From NCBI RefSeq assembly GCF_036321535.1, contig NC_087436.1:6076001-6140000 (forward strand): a stretch of DNA of 64,000 nt, read 5' to 3'. Numbering within the stretch: position 1 is the first letter of the stretch; every line of letters begins with the position of its first letter. The notes under the pieces are model-generated. The model saw only the letters and a list, made by a program, of their open reading frames with translations. It was not told the DNA's origin and did no database searches. The stretch is from Camelus dromedarius (Eukaryota). Of this stretch, positions 25,484-37,316 are shown piece after piece. The position numbers and the translations under genes were made by a program.

Positions 25484-27380
25484 AGAGGACTGGAGTAGAA
25501 TTTTTCCAAATGGGCTGAGTAAAGTTCTAGAGAGTCAGGTTGAAGCTTTGGGAAAGGATCATAAAGAATAATTCTCCAAAAAAGACAAAATTGTGAATCT
25601 CATACAAATTTAAAATGAATGTCGGTCAAAAGTTTTATTGAATTAACAATGGTTACTATTTAATTAATTAATGTGGAAAAGAGAAAAATGTCACATGGTT
25701 AAAAGGAGAACTGATAAAGGAGTGCACATTTATAATCAGATAAGGAAGGCGGAAATGAACTTATAAAGGGATGAGAAACTGGCAGAACTAGTCAATGTTC
25801 TCAGGGCAATGGCTGGTTGCATTCCACTCGTCGCAATCTGCATTTCAATGGGCAGAAATGATTTGCATTATGCTCGGTTTTCTACAAATTAACATCTCTC
25901 TCTGCAGAGTTATAAAACAGCCCACCAGAATCAAAGACAGAGACAACCCAGATGGAGGAGCTTGTCAGGGTCCCTGCCGCATTTCAAAGTCTTGCACAAT
26001 TTCTGCTTGCAATGAATAAATACAAATAATTAAATCTTGAACGGAAAAAAAAAAAAAAAAGACTGTCTTGGAATAGGCAACAGAAAGTTAGATAAAACCC
26101 TGGAAACAGATGAAATATATCATAGTAGAAATCCTAGTAATATTATTGAACTGGGGGTATTGGCTCATTTGAGAAAATAAAGGAATGGGGTTTACGGGGG
26201 TGGATGTATCAATTTTCCCAAGTTCTCCTCAGGAGAAAAGGCAGGGAAGGGAGATGTAAGAGGTGAATGTGTTTTAAAAATGGCACCAGGTAAAGTTGGG
26301 AGAGAATAAGGAGGAAATGTGCATCTTGCTTGAGAAATGACAAGCGTCTTGGTGGAGTACTTGCTGTTTCCTTTCCAAAAAATAGTAGGAAAAAATGTAT
26401 TTTGCACACTGAGAACAGCGAAGAGGAAGTAGGCTAAAAGCAGCACAGGCATGATTACTCTTGCTTGTCCCCAGGACCACACTGGGGCCACCAGGCAGCC
26501 ACAGGCAGGTACCAGAAGCTGAACTCCAACTTACTGGTGTTTCATTTGCATGGAGGAGACCAAAGGAAGAATTGGAGCTTGGTCTCCATCACAAAAGGAA
26601 GGCGTCCATCCTGAAGTGGCTCATAGTGTGTGAGGATGGGGGCTTCTCGGCTTCGGAATACTTTGTTTGGTTTGTTTTGGTTTTGGTCCAGATACTAAGC
26701 ATCGTTCAGACATGAAGATGAGCAGAGTGTGTCTGTCATATCATGTCTCCGTGGTGTTTACCTTCTGCTCATGACTCACGCCAACTGGTCTCCAGGTGAT
26801 TTTAGGAGCGAAAGCTCAAGAAGCGAGGCTGAACGGGGAAGAGGGCGTCTCACAAAGCAACAACAAGGAGAGTCTGTGGGTATACACGTGAGATTCGGGA
26901 ACCAGGCGTAGGAAAACTCAAGGACTCTGAAGATGGCTTTAAGTTTACAGCAACTGCAAACAGCTCTCATTTGAATACAGCTTCTGCAGTGGAGATGACA
27001 GTGCTGAGCGCCCTGGCATTTAGCATCAGGGAAATGAGACTCAGGCACAGCACAGATGGGCTTCCAGGCTTCAAGAGAACAAATCCTTAAATTTAAATAA
27101 CTGAGAATAATTACCTCGTTTAGTTGCAAGTTATAAGGAATACATCACATTCTTTCAAACAGAGCTCTTTGTCTGCTATAATTACACCTTCCCGAAGTGT
27201 TGCAAAAATTACTGAAGTACACCGCCCTCAATCAGCATTCTCATCATCAACACCGAAGCCTATTTTTTACTGCCCTTGCGCATGCTTCTGTGAGAGAAAC
27301 TACCCAGTGCAACCCAAATAGGAGTTCTGTGTTTAGAAACTACCATATCATTAGAAAACGTAATATTTACATTTCTAACA

Positions 27381-27520
27381 GGGTAAGGGATAGCTGAGTG
27401 ATAGAGCTCATGCTTAGCAAGCACAAGGTCCTGGGTTCAACCCCCAGTACCTCTATTTAAATATAAATTGATAAATAAACCCAATTACCACCCACTCGCT
27501 GCAAAAAAAAAAATTTAAAA
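27381..27520 (+). mobile_element. Camelid tRNA-derived SINE (Vic-1 type, long form)
   Basis: GGGATAGCTGAGTGATAGAGC...GGTCCTGGGTTCAACCCCCAGTACCTC plus A-tail. Confidence 0.88.
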
Positions 27521-27528
27521 AGAGGAGT

Positions 27529-27630
27529 TGGGGGGTATAGCTCCATGGTAAAGCATGTGCTTAGCATGCCTGAAGTCCTGGGTTCAATCCCCAGTACCAT
27601 CACTAAAAATTTTTTAAATTAAAAAATAAA
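27529..27630 (+). mobile_element. Camelid tRNA-derived SINE (short form), tandem to the previous copy
   Basis: GGGGGGTATAGCTCCATGGTAAAGCATGTGCTTAGCATGCCTGAAGTCCTGGGTTCAATCCCCAGTACC. Confidence 0.88.
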
Positions 27631-29068
27631 GAAATATTTAAACGATGAGAAGGACCATAGTTTATATATAAATTATAAAATATATGTACATAATATAATG
27701 CATAATATGTTATTTATATGCAAATTATCCATACCAATCAACACACATTGGCACTCCCATTTTTGTGTCTATTTCATAAGGGTGGGACCTGACTAGCTGT
27801 TTAATTTCTCTGGGAAAACGTTGAAAAGTGAAAACGTTGAAAAGGGGCGTCTGGAACCCAGATGTTCAGCAAAGCACTGAATGTCTTTCGTCTCCCAAGC
27901 AAGGAGAAGGGAAACTCTTCCTGGAACTGATACTTGGAAAAGGCTTCCTCACTACAGTTTCCTATAAACAGAGCACTCTCCCCGCAGCTGGAGAGCAAAT
28001 GAAAATTCCCCTAAGTATTTTTTCTTGTCTGTTTTGAACAATTCCATTTTAAGGAAAATACCTAACCTTGGATCTTTTCAAGGGACAAAGGAAAGTGAGG
28101 TCTAGAAGACAGACCCTAGGCAAGGAATCACAGTGTCTGGAAACGTGCTTGGGGCTGTTTGGGTGGGAAATTCTGAGATCTCGGAAGCTGGAGTTGGGGT
28201 CTGGAGGGTGGGACAGGGCGCTATCTGTGTGGGCACAGCCCACGGGCCGCGCAGAGTTCTCCTGTAGCCGGTGACCCTCCAAGATGTGGGGCCCATGGAA
28301 GGGCCTTCTTCCAGAGTCGAAGGATGGCACTGTGTAACGACACTTCCTCTTGGATTCTCTTGGCTCTATGCAAGATAATTTTCTATTTTAATGAAATGAA
28401 ACTAAACTACAATTAAAAACATAAGAGAAAAATGTCATTTTTAGAATTTCTTACCTATTTTGCAAATTAAAAATACAAACATTTGAGTGAAAAAAATACA
28501 TACGGAAACATCTTTTGCCACACGTCTGGGCATTCTTGAAAACATGGCCATGGTGCAGTGCATGAATGACATTGTGCCAATCATATTGCATGAGCAAGAA
28601 GTAGCTAAATGTGAAAGACTCTGATAAGGCAGATGCAGTCCAGAGGCCAGAAAATAAAACATATAATGACGCAAGCACCTGCACAGCAGGGGAGTTTCCA
28701 GGGTGGGGCATACGCAACCATCCACTGCAAAATAAAGGACACATCACTGCATAGCATGCTTCTGCCTTGGAAAAGAAAGGGTTGTCTCTGCTGGTTCTTC
28801 AGATTGTGACCCATTACTGAGTGACAGGGAAGACTTGTCCTTCAGTGAACTCTGAGCAGGACGGGGCTCTTCTCCTGACCCGGCTGTGGGGGAGGCGGCC
28901 CTGCTGCTTGGTCAGAGGACCCGGGGGAAAATACGGTTTCAGGTACCTGTCGGGGAGAAAGATGTCACATAGAGGTTAGAGCAGAGGAGAATCACAATTA
29001 GATACCTAGGACTCTTCAGCCAAACCTGCAATCTACCACAGAGAATTGCACGGTATTTAAAAATCTGC

Positions 29069-29365
29069 AAAACAGAAATAGACTTGCAGACATAGTAAAC
29101 CATCTTATGGTTACCGGGGGAAAGGAGGTGGGACGGGGTGAATATGGGAGTTTTAGACTTGCAAATGATAACCGCTATATATAAAAATAGATAAAAAAAA
29201 CAAATTCTTCTGTATAGCCCAGGGAACTATATTTAATAGCTTGTAATAATCTTTAATGAAAAAGAATGTGAAAATGAATCTATGTATGTGTATGCATGAC
29301 TGGGACATTGTGCTGCACACCAGAAATTGACACATTGTAACTGATAATAGTTCAATTAATTAAAA
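29069..29365 (+). mobile_element. 5'-truncated L1 3' end
   Basis: L1 3' UTR motifs (CACAGGGAACTATATT-like, CACCAGAAATTGACACATTGTAACTGA); TSD AAAAATC(T/A)GC at 29059-29068 and 29366-29375. Confidence 0.88.
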
Positions 29366-30454
29366 AAAAATCAGCTCTTGGCCTGCTTCTAGGTCTTGAT
29401 GGAAACAGAACAACTGACCAGGAGACGTTGAGGGACTGTGCAGCCAGCACTGCCCCCAGGACCTGGGATCTGCCACACCTGAAAGGTCTTAAGTGCAAGC
29501 AGACTCAGCGGCTGTTCATCACAAGACAGGAGTGGTACACAAGGGACCGGGCAGAGCAGGAAAGAGGGAGGCTGGGCAGGAGCAGGTGGTCCAAACCCTT
29601 TGCCATCGCTCACTGCACCAGTGCAGAGTGTCCTTACAACCAAATGATGGGACCTGAAGGTCTGAGCTGGCTTAGGGGTGTGGGAGTAAAAGCCAGAAAT
29701 GGACTACGGCTGCACGCTGGCCCTGAAAGACAGCGTTGAGGAGGCATCCACCCACAGGGCTCTTATCATTTCAGCTGGTCGTCCACTCTGTAGACAGAAT
29801 ATGAGGGAGACATACACACTGACTCCAAGGTGGTGGGCAAAGGCGTGGCTGATTGGACAGGGGCCTGGGAGAAGATTAGAACGCGGAGACAGGAGCTGTG
29901 TGGAAGATGCACGAAGACCTTGATACGTGGAGATCTGTCACTGCCCAGAGGGCACCCAACTTTGACGTCTTAAGAGCCAATTAGACAAAATGACTGTGAC
30001 TGTTGACATCACCTTGCCGGCATCATGGCAGCTCGAATGCTGACCCAGTGGGCATCTCAGAGGGCGGTCCTGGTGGCAGGGATGGAGGCTGTGAGCTGTC
30101 GTCTGACACCTGCCTCTCCCCAACCGTGCTCCCTCTCTCCCTCCCTGGTGCTGCCTCCTCCCTGGAGGCCTGTCCTCAGTGAACTTCCTGCAACTGAATC
30201 TCCATCTCTGAGGCTGTCTCTTAGGTAACCTGAACCAAAACAGTTCTCTTCTGTCCTATGTTCCTTCATCTCTTCTTTCTCCCTCCCTGTCCCTCTTCCT
30301 TCTTCTTCCTCCGTGTGTGTGTGGGAGCGGGGAGCCAACAGCTCTAGACTAGGAGGAGGGGAAGGCTGCTGGGAAGGGTTTCGTCTGCATTCAGCTAGTG
30401 TATCTACCGTTCGGTGACACCATACTATGGAGGAAAATTTGCATTCTTTCAGAG

Positions 30455-30665
30455 CAGGGGGTGAGCAGTCTTTTTATTCCATAAAGGGCCAGGTAGTAAA
30501 TATTTTAGACTTTGCAGACCATGTGGTCTCACTACAATGACTCAGTTCCACCTTTTTCATACAAAAGGAGCCATAGGCCACACGTAAACAAGTGAACTTG
30601 GCTGTGTTACAATAAACGTTTGTTTGTAAAAACAGATGTGGCCCATGGACCACAGACTTGCTGTG
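30455..30665 (+). mobile_element. MER58A-like hAT-Charlie MITE
   Basis: CAGGGGGTGAGCAG...TAAAGGGCCAGGTAGTAAATATTTTAGACTTTGCAGACCAT...GGCTGTGTTACAATAAA. Confidence 0.85.
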
Positions 30666-31848
30666 GAGCACAGAGGACGGAGTCGGGGAGTTAGTGCCTC
30701 GGGGGGTGGGGGTGGGGCGGGTTGAGGATATGGCATTTAAGATGCGAGTCCTAGACACTTCTGTCTGTGTCATTAGACAAAGCCTTCTTGGTTCCCTGTG
30801 CTCTCTCTGGAGAACTCACAGCCATTAAATAGAATGATTCACTATTCCCTCACTTCTTACTGTTCACGCCCTGACCCAAGGCAGCTACATCTGATCATTC
30901 AACATCCCTTCTGCGTTGTAGGGACAATTGACCCCTTGCTAATCTGGCCCAGGGCTCTGACTCAGAGCAGTCCTACTGCCACCAAGGATGGACACACAGA
31001 ACCTGCTAACCCAGCGTTTCCACAATTCCTCACTTGCAAACAGGAAGAAGAACAGTGTAAGGACAGAGAAGGTCATGTCTTGTCCAATAGTCTGTGGTTT
31101 GCTTTATTCCTTTTCAGTGGTTTGAATGGCTGGTATAGTCACGTGGCTTCAAGTCCAGAAAATATAGTCAGATACCAGGTAAAAAAAAAAAAATCGTCTG
31201 CCTGAATTTCCCCTTCCTGCCCGGCTCCTTCCGCACACTCTTCTGGGTCACCACAGTTCTCACGTCCCTAGGTCTCCCTCCAGTGTTCCTTTATTTTGCT
31301 TGAAGTTCACTATTTCTAAGGTAATGAGATTTTCATTTTTCTCCCTGCTGGGGAATCATTTTAAATTTTCAATTGGCCGTGCCTCTTCACTTATTCTAAC
31401 AAGGGATTCTAATGCAAAATGAGAACTAAATAAGTAAGATTGCAATCCAAACACATGGTTTAGAGGTAAAGTTTTAAATTCTTATATTTGTAGGTTATAT
31501 CTTCATGAAGAGAGCAAGATTATTTGATTTTCTACTATCAGGGAAAAGTATGATTTAGTGCTGGATATGTAGAGAGCCTCGTTAAAAATGAGTAATCACA
31601 GCACAGACAGCTGTAGGGCGGTGGGATGGAGAGAGGGGGCTATACACCAAGGGGGGATGACTCAAGACACACAACAGAAGGAGAGGCAGCAGGTCGAGAC
31701 GACTGTGCAGACCCCGAGAGAGAGCACAGGAGGTGAGGGTCTCGCTGGGCACGGAGCCCACGTCTGGGCGGCAGTCAGCAAATTAGGAGCACTCACAATG
31801 CCTTTAGTTAAAGAGGTTTTTTAAAGGGAGGAACATTGTGCCAGTTCC

Positions 31849-32485
31849 CGTTATGGAACCAAGCTTAGGTCCGCTCGCCCATGGGCAGTAAAGCCAGTCT
31901 ACTGACCCCGGGCTGTGGTGAAGGAAAGTGCAGTGCTTACTGCAGGTGCCAGGCAAGGGGTCCAGGCAGCTGCTGCTTACAAGACTCAGACTCCCTGAAG
32001 GCTTTCAGGGAAAGGTTTTTAAGACAAGGTGAGAGAAGAGAGCGGGGAGGTGTGATCAGTGCGTGGACAGTCTTCTGACTGGTGGGTGGTGAGGTCAGCG
32101 GGCGTCAACATCATCAACCTTCTGGTTCCAACGGGTCTGGGGTCTATGTGCTTGTGGATGGCACACAGTTAACTTCTCCCACCTGGTGGGGGTTTCAGTG
32201 TCTGCAAAACAGCTCAAAGGACATGGCTCAGAATATTCTCTCTAGACCTTGAGGAGGAACTAAAGGTCCTTGCTTTTGTTTGATGGCTGAACTATAATTA
32301 TTTTGTCTTGCTTGACTCTTTTCCTTTCTTTCTGCATTTTCTTGCTTCTCTGATTAAATGTACTCTTTGGAACTCAGAGAAGCCTAAGAGATTAAAGTGT
32401 TTTCTACAAACGGGAGGCAGGCGGAGCACATGGCAGTGGGGAGGGTCTGTTCTGGGAAGACCCCATAGGGTCCTGCGCAGTTACA
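31849..32485 (-). mobile_element. ERV1-like solo LTR
   Basis: CGTTATGGAACC...CCCATAGGGTCCTGCGCAGTTACA; TSD TTCC/TTAC (1 mismatch); homologous blocks shared with the LTRs at 12133 and 24804. Confidence 0.88.
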
Positions 32486-33148
32486 TTACTGCTTACAGGT
32501 GTGGGACCGGCCCAGGATCTACAGAAGCCTGGCTCATTGCAGCACTGAAGGCAAAATGCTTTTGCTTATACTATATTTTCTAAAATCAGTGAAGTTGTTT
32601 ACTGAATGGAAAAATCATAAGTAAATAAATGATTGTTGATAAATATCATTCAAATCTCTTTGGGGTTTTAAAGTTGTCTTCTGCAATTTTCTGCTTAAAA
32701 CAACTGAAAATCATCCTCTGGCTCTAGAAAAATAAATGAATGAATTGAATGGACTAAAAAAAATGACAATTTTCAAGAAAGCCCATAAGAGAATGAGGCT
32801 TGACTTTTTCTGGGACCCAACTCTTAGGTCTTATGTCCACCTGGATTCGCCTTGATGAGATGGTGTTGCAGGTAGTGAACTGAATCAGGAAATCCTTGCA
32901 CCAGTTCCAACAGGCATTGCCCAAGACCAGAAGAGGAAGCTATGTACATCCGACTGTATTCAAGAGAAGATGATGCTCTTTGATGATTAAATAAACTAAA
33001 TTAACGTGTTCAGGGTTTTTATTTTTTATTTACTTACTTTTAGCACAAATGATTATGTCAGAGGGGTATTTAATGACTCCTGGTTCCATGAAAGTTTTGC
33101 TGGGCATGTGTTGGGGGAATAGCTTAGTAGCCAATCAGTGAGAAATAC

Positions 33149-33300
33149 AGTTACAATGCGTCAGTTTCTGGTGTACAGCACAATGTCCCCGTCATGCATA
33201 TACATACATATATTCATTTTCATATTCTTTTTCATGAAAGGTTATTACAAGATATTGAATATGGTTCCCTGTGCTATACAGAAGATATTTGTTTTTTATC
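33149..33300 (-). mobile_element. L1 3' end fragment
   Basis: CAGTTACAATGCGTCAGTTTCTGGTGTACAGC...GGTTCCCTGTGCTATACAG; homologous to 29069-29365. Confidence 0.85.
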
Positions 33301-34546
33301 TGGTTTAAAGATTTTCATTATAGATCTGTATAGATTTGAATATGAGATTTTTAAATGTCTAATTTCTCTTCCATGTTTTGTACATATTCGTATATTAAAA
33401 ATAGAAAAGAATGATAAATCATTCCAAGTAGATTAAAGTATACCAACTGAGTTTAATTTAATTTGTGTTTCATGTATCAAGTTGATTCACAGTTCTATCA
33501 TCAGAAATATCAAGTTGATCGACACTTGTAGAGGGTGAAGAATTCTGAAAATCATCTTAAGAGTTTTCACCTTCATAAATCAACTATACTTCAATTTTAA
33601 AAAATTCAAGAAAAAGTAAAGCTTTCACTATCTTCATATTTGATAGTTCAGAAAAATAATATTTTCTATAGCATCTGAAAGCCATTCTTATAATTGCACA
33701 CAAAGATTCATGCCAAATCCCATTACCAAAAAAGTGGAAGTAGCTTTCTGAAACTGATTAATAGATCAGTCTTTCCATCTGGAAGGTGTTGTGCATTTTG
33801 AGATCAGGTAATAAATCAAGGCTTCTTTAATTTCTGGTCTTGATAAAACGCCACTGGGCTCAGAGGGAATTTCCACAGATTTTGTGTTAGGGAAAAAATA
33901 AATACTGAGTCAGCCTTTTCTTTATCATTTCATCTCCTGTTCCTCTACACTCGTCCTGAAGGGAAACTGGGGCCAGACTGTTACCGCAAGTGCCTCCCCA
34001 AAACGCAATTTTAGTGAAACACACGATCTTCTCAGTTGGGGCTGAGGCCATCAGAGCCTCGTGTTTCCTTCCCAGCTGTCTGCTCCTCTTCCCTCGTTTC
34101 CTAAGAAGCTTCTTTTTCCTCCCTCCCTCCAATTTACTTGCTCTGGGTGCTATAAATCCTTAGCATTGCTAGTAAAATGCTCTTCAAATTATGTTGTGAA
34201 ATGAACTAATCAATTCATTTTCTTCAAGTATAATTGATGCAAATGGCAATTCAAACAACAAGCACTAGGGTGCGTGGTTAACAGAATATGTAAGATTTTG
34301 TACCAAATATTTCTATATGTTTGTATCAACACTAATAAAATTATGTAGCCGAAGTCATATGAACCATATTAATAGCACATCCTTTCTTAATTGAGAAACG
34401 TACAGTCTAAAGCATCTCCTAAAAAAAGGTTATGAGTTGAGTTTAAGGTAAAAGAAAAATGAGATAATTTAATGTATTATGACTTCTTCAGTTCTTTTAT
34501 GAGGTGAGGAGAGCTAAAAGCAAGATAAGTAAATAACTATATTAAA

Positions 34547-34673
34547 TACAGTTTATATATAGTAGTTAGTATGTTGTAATCTATAATGAAAAAGAATATA
34601 AAAAAGGAATATGTTTATATATGTGTGTCTAACTGAAACACTAAAGCTGTACACCAGAAATTAACACACACAC
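34547..34673 (+). mobile_element. Short L1 3' fragment with 16-bp TSD
   Basis: GTAATCTATAATGAAAAAGAATAT...CTGTACACCAGAAATTAACAC; TSD AAATAACT(A/G)TATTAAA at 34531-34546 and 34674-34689. Confidence 0.8.
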
Positions 34674-35754
34674 AAATAACTGTATTAAAATATTGAAAAT
34701 CAAACTCTTTAAAACTAGGGCATTAAGTCTAGAAGCTGTTCTTTAATCACACAAATTTAAAAATGTTATTTACTGACTCTCCTAGCTTGCTGTATGAAAT
34801 TCTCTTTGGTCTGATGTTTTTGAACCACTCTTGGCAAAATTCATGATTTGCAAGAAGAAACTCTGGTTGATGTGTCAGGGTTGGTGGAAAACAGCACTGT
34901 CCATCAGTGTCTCTGTAACAGTGTTAAAATCTCCTACACGTTAGTAAACGTTTTATTATAATGATTGTGCCATGCATTTCAAAACAACCATAAATAATAG
35001 GAAACATTGTATTGCCTGAAATAAAGGTGATTTTTCAATATGCTTATAGGTAAAACATAAATTACCCTTCTTAGTATACACTGAACTATCCATACCCTTT
35101 CTAATTACACAAAAGGCCGTCCTGATGGAATTCTAATTTCAGCTTAATCTTAACTGCAGCTCCTCACCTAAAGATAACATAGTGCAGAGTCTACAGGAAT
35201 TTTGTGAGGATTAAGTGAATTAATAAATACAGTGTGTGTGATGGTATTTGATACCTACTATGAGTTAAATAAATGGTTTGAAATAAATCTTAATTGCCTT
35301 TCCCAAATTTATTTCTTTCCATTGCTCTCTTCCTTTGCTTTTTCAAAGATATCTTTTGTCTTCCAAGCCACCTAAAGCATGAAACATTCAAGTCACTCTC
35401 AGGTTGAAAAGACATGTTAACTCTCCCCCACTTCTTCATGACTATTAGAAGCTGCTGTCTCTTCCAGTTTTCCTATAGAACTCCTGTCTAGCAGATGTGT
35501 GTGACTGGTGCCTGCAGGCGTGCCTTTCCTGCAGAACAGGACCTGTCTGTGCTGGCGGAGTGGTCAGGTGAGTGTCGGCACTGGGGGAGTCCAGGCTGTT
35601 CTCCTCGGTTAAAATGCTACTAAAAATATTTAGCAGACTCTTGTAGCTAGGTGTTTTCTTTTCCAAAAGCACTTACATCCAGGTATAATTTTATTAAAAA
35701 AAAAAAGACAGTACATAAAATAATGGTTAAAAGATATATTATCAGGTTCTCTCT

Positions 35755-35865
35755 TTTTTAAAAAATTGAGTTATAGTCAGTTTACAACGTTGTGTCAGTT
35801 TCTGGTGCACAGCACAGTTTTGCAGTCAGACATGAATCTACGTATATTCGTTTTCATATTCTTTC
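35755..35865 (-). mobile_element. Short L1 3' tip
   Basis: ATTGAGTTATAGTCAGTTTACAACGTTGTGTCAGTTTCTGGTGCACAGC. Confidence 0.85.
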
Positions 35866-36038
35866 AAAAGTTCTCTGTAATAACCTCACATCCAACTATT
35901 CTAACACTGCAGATGCTACTATTTTGTTCCTAATGTGGAAACAGTTAAATTTCTTGAAAAAGAAGACTTACTTCTTTCCAGAGGATAATCTGTGGTCCCA
36001 TTTTAAAATCTAAGGACAAAATGTCCAAATAATTATTT

Positions 36039-36207
36039 TTTTTCTTTATTTGTTTTTTGATCTACAATGTTGTGTTAGTTTTTGGTGTACAGCATAGTGA
36101 TTCAGTATATACGTATATTCAGTGCGTATACACACACACACACACACACACTCTTTTTCACAGTCTTTTTCATTATATGCTGCTACAAGCCATTGAACAT
36201 AGTTCTC
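36039..36207 (-). mobile_element. Short L1 3' end containing (CA)n
   Basis: ACAATGTTGTGTTAGTTTTTGGTGTACAGCATAGTGATTCAG; 14-bp TSD CCAAAT(A/G)ATTATTT at 36025-36038 and 36208-36221. Confidence 0.85.
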
Positions 36208-37316
36208 CCAAATGATTATTTAAATCACAATGTGCTATTGGAACACAAATGAGTCTTCCCTGGGTTCTCACATCTACAAAGAATATTATTATCAACTTTG
36301 TGCATTTGTGGCTTTTTTGCTTCATGTCTAAGAGGAAGGGAAATGGCCTGTATTGGAAAGAGACGGGATGAACATCAAAAGGCATAAACAGAGAAAGGAT
36401 ATGTTTAATCTATTAATTATGTTTTTAATTGTAAAAAGTAATTATTCCCAAGCCTACATATTCGTATGCACTTGCCTCAGAAACCAGAGAAGTAACACTA
36501 GTGATGTGGAGATTTCATTTTGTCCCAACTCGGGCCACGAGTTCAATGAAATGTATGAACGCTGGTGATAACTAGGATGACCTGATCATTCATAGTCTGA
36601 GACATGACATTTCTGATGCAGGAGTGGGGCTGTGGAATAAAGCCTGAAATTAAGATTCCATGTGACTTGCTATCTTGCCATCTGGTGAAATGCATGGAAG
36701 GTCTCAGATGGCCTTCCCCCAAGGTCCTCTGCCTACTCCGCTCCTGTGGACTAGGTCCCCCAGCCAAACAACACGACTTCTTAGAGGGAACAGGGGCAAT
36801 TTCCGCCTGTGCCTATGTGGCAGGTTTCAGCTGGCAGAATTCTTCAAATAACACAGTCACTTCCTTCCACTGGAACTGGGGGGCACCCACCTTCCACCTC
36901 CTGCAAAGCTTGGTGGTGGTTCCATTTGCTCCCAAGGGAAGCCCCATGTGGCCTGGCACTGATAGATACAATGTGTTTTTCCCCAGGCTGTGGGTACATG
37001 TGACTGTCAATTGCTGTCAGTCTCATCAGCCCGGGGTCTGGGGTTGTGTGTTTGCCCATCTCCATAGCCCAAGGGTACCGCTTTCTCTCCCCAGTGGTTG
37101 AATAGGAGTTATTTATAATGGCCAGAGAAAACCAAGTGCACAGTAGAATTCACCTGAGCAAACTGGGACATATGGTCAACCTTGTTAGAACATTTGTCCT
37201 TGGGAGCTTACTTGATAAATAGAAAAGGAGGAGTTGAAGGAAGAGTTCCCAAGCTGTAACACCACACAGGAAGATGTATCCATCCAGACTACAACTACAA
37301 AAACCGCATCTTTGCC

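Noticed and set aside
26555..26588. Inverted repeat GGAGACCAA...TTGGTCTCC as a pre-miRNA
   Set aside because: The 9-bp stem is too short, and such stems are expected by chance
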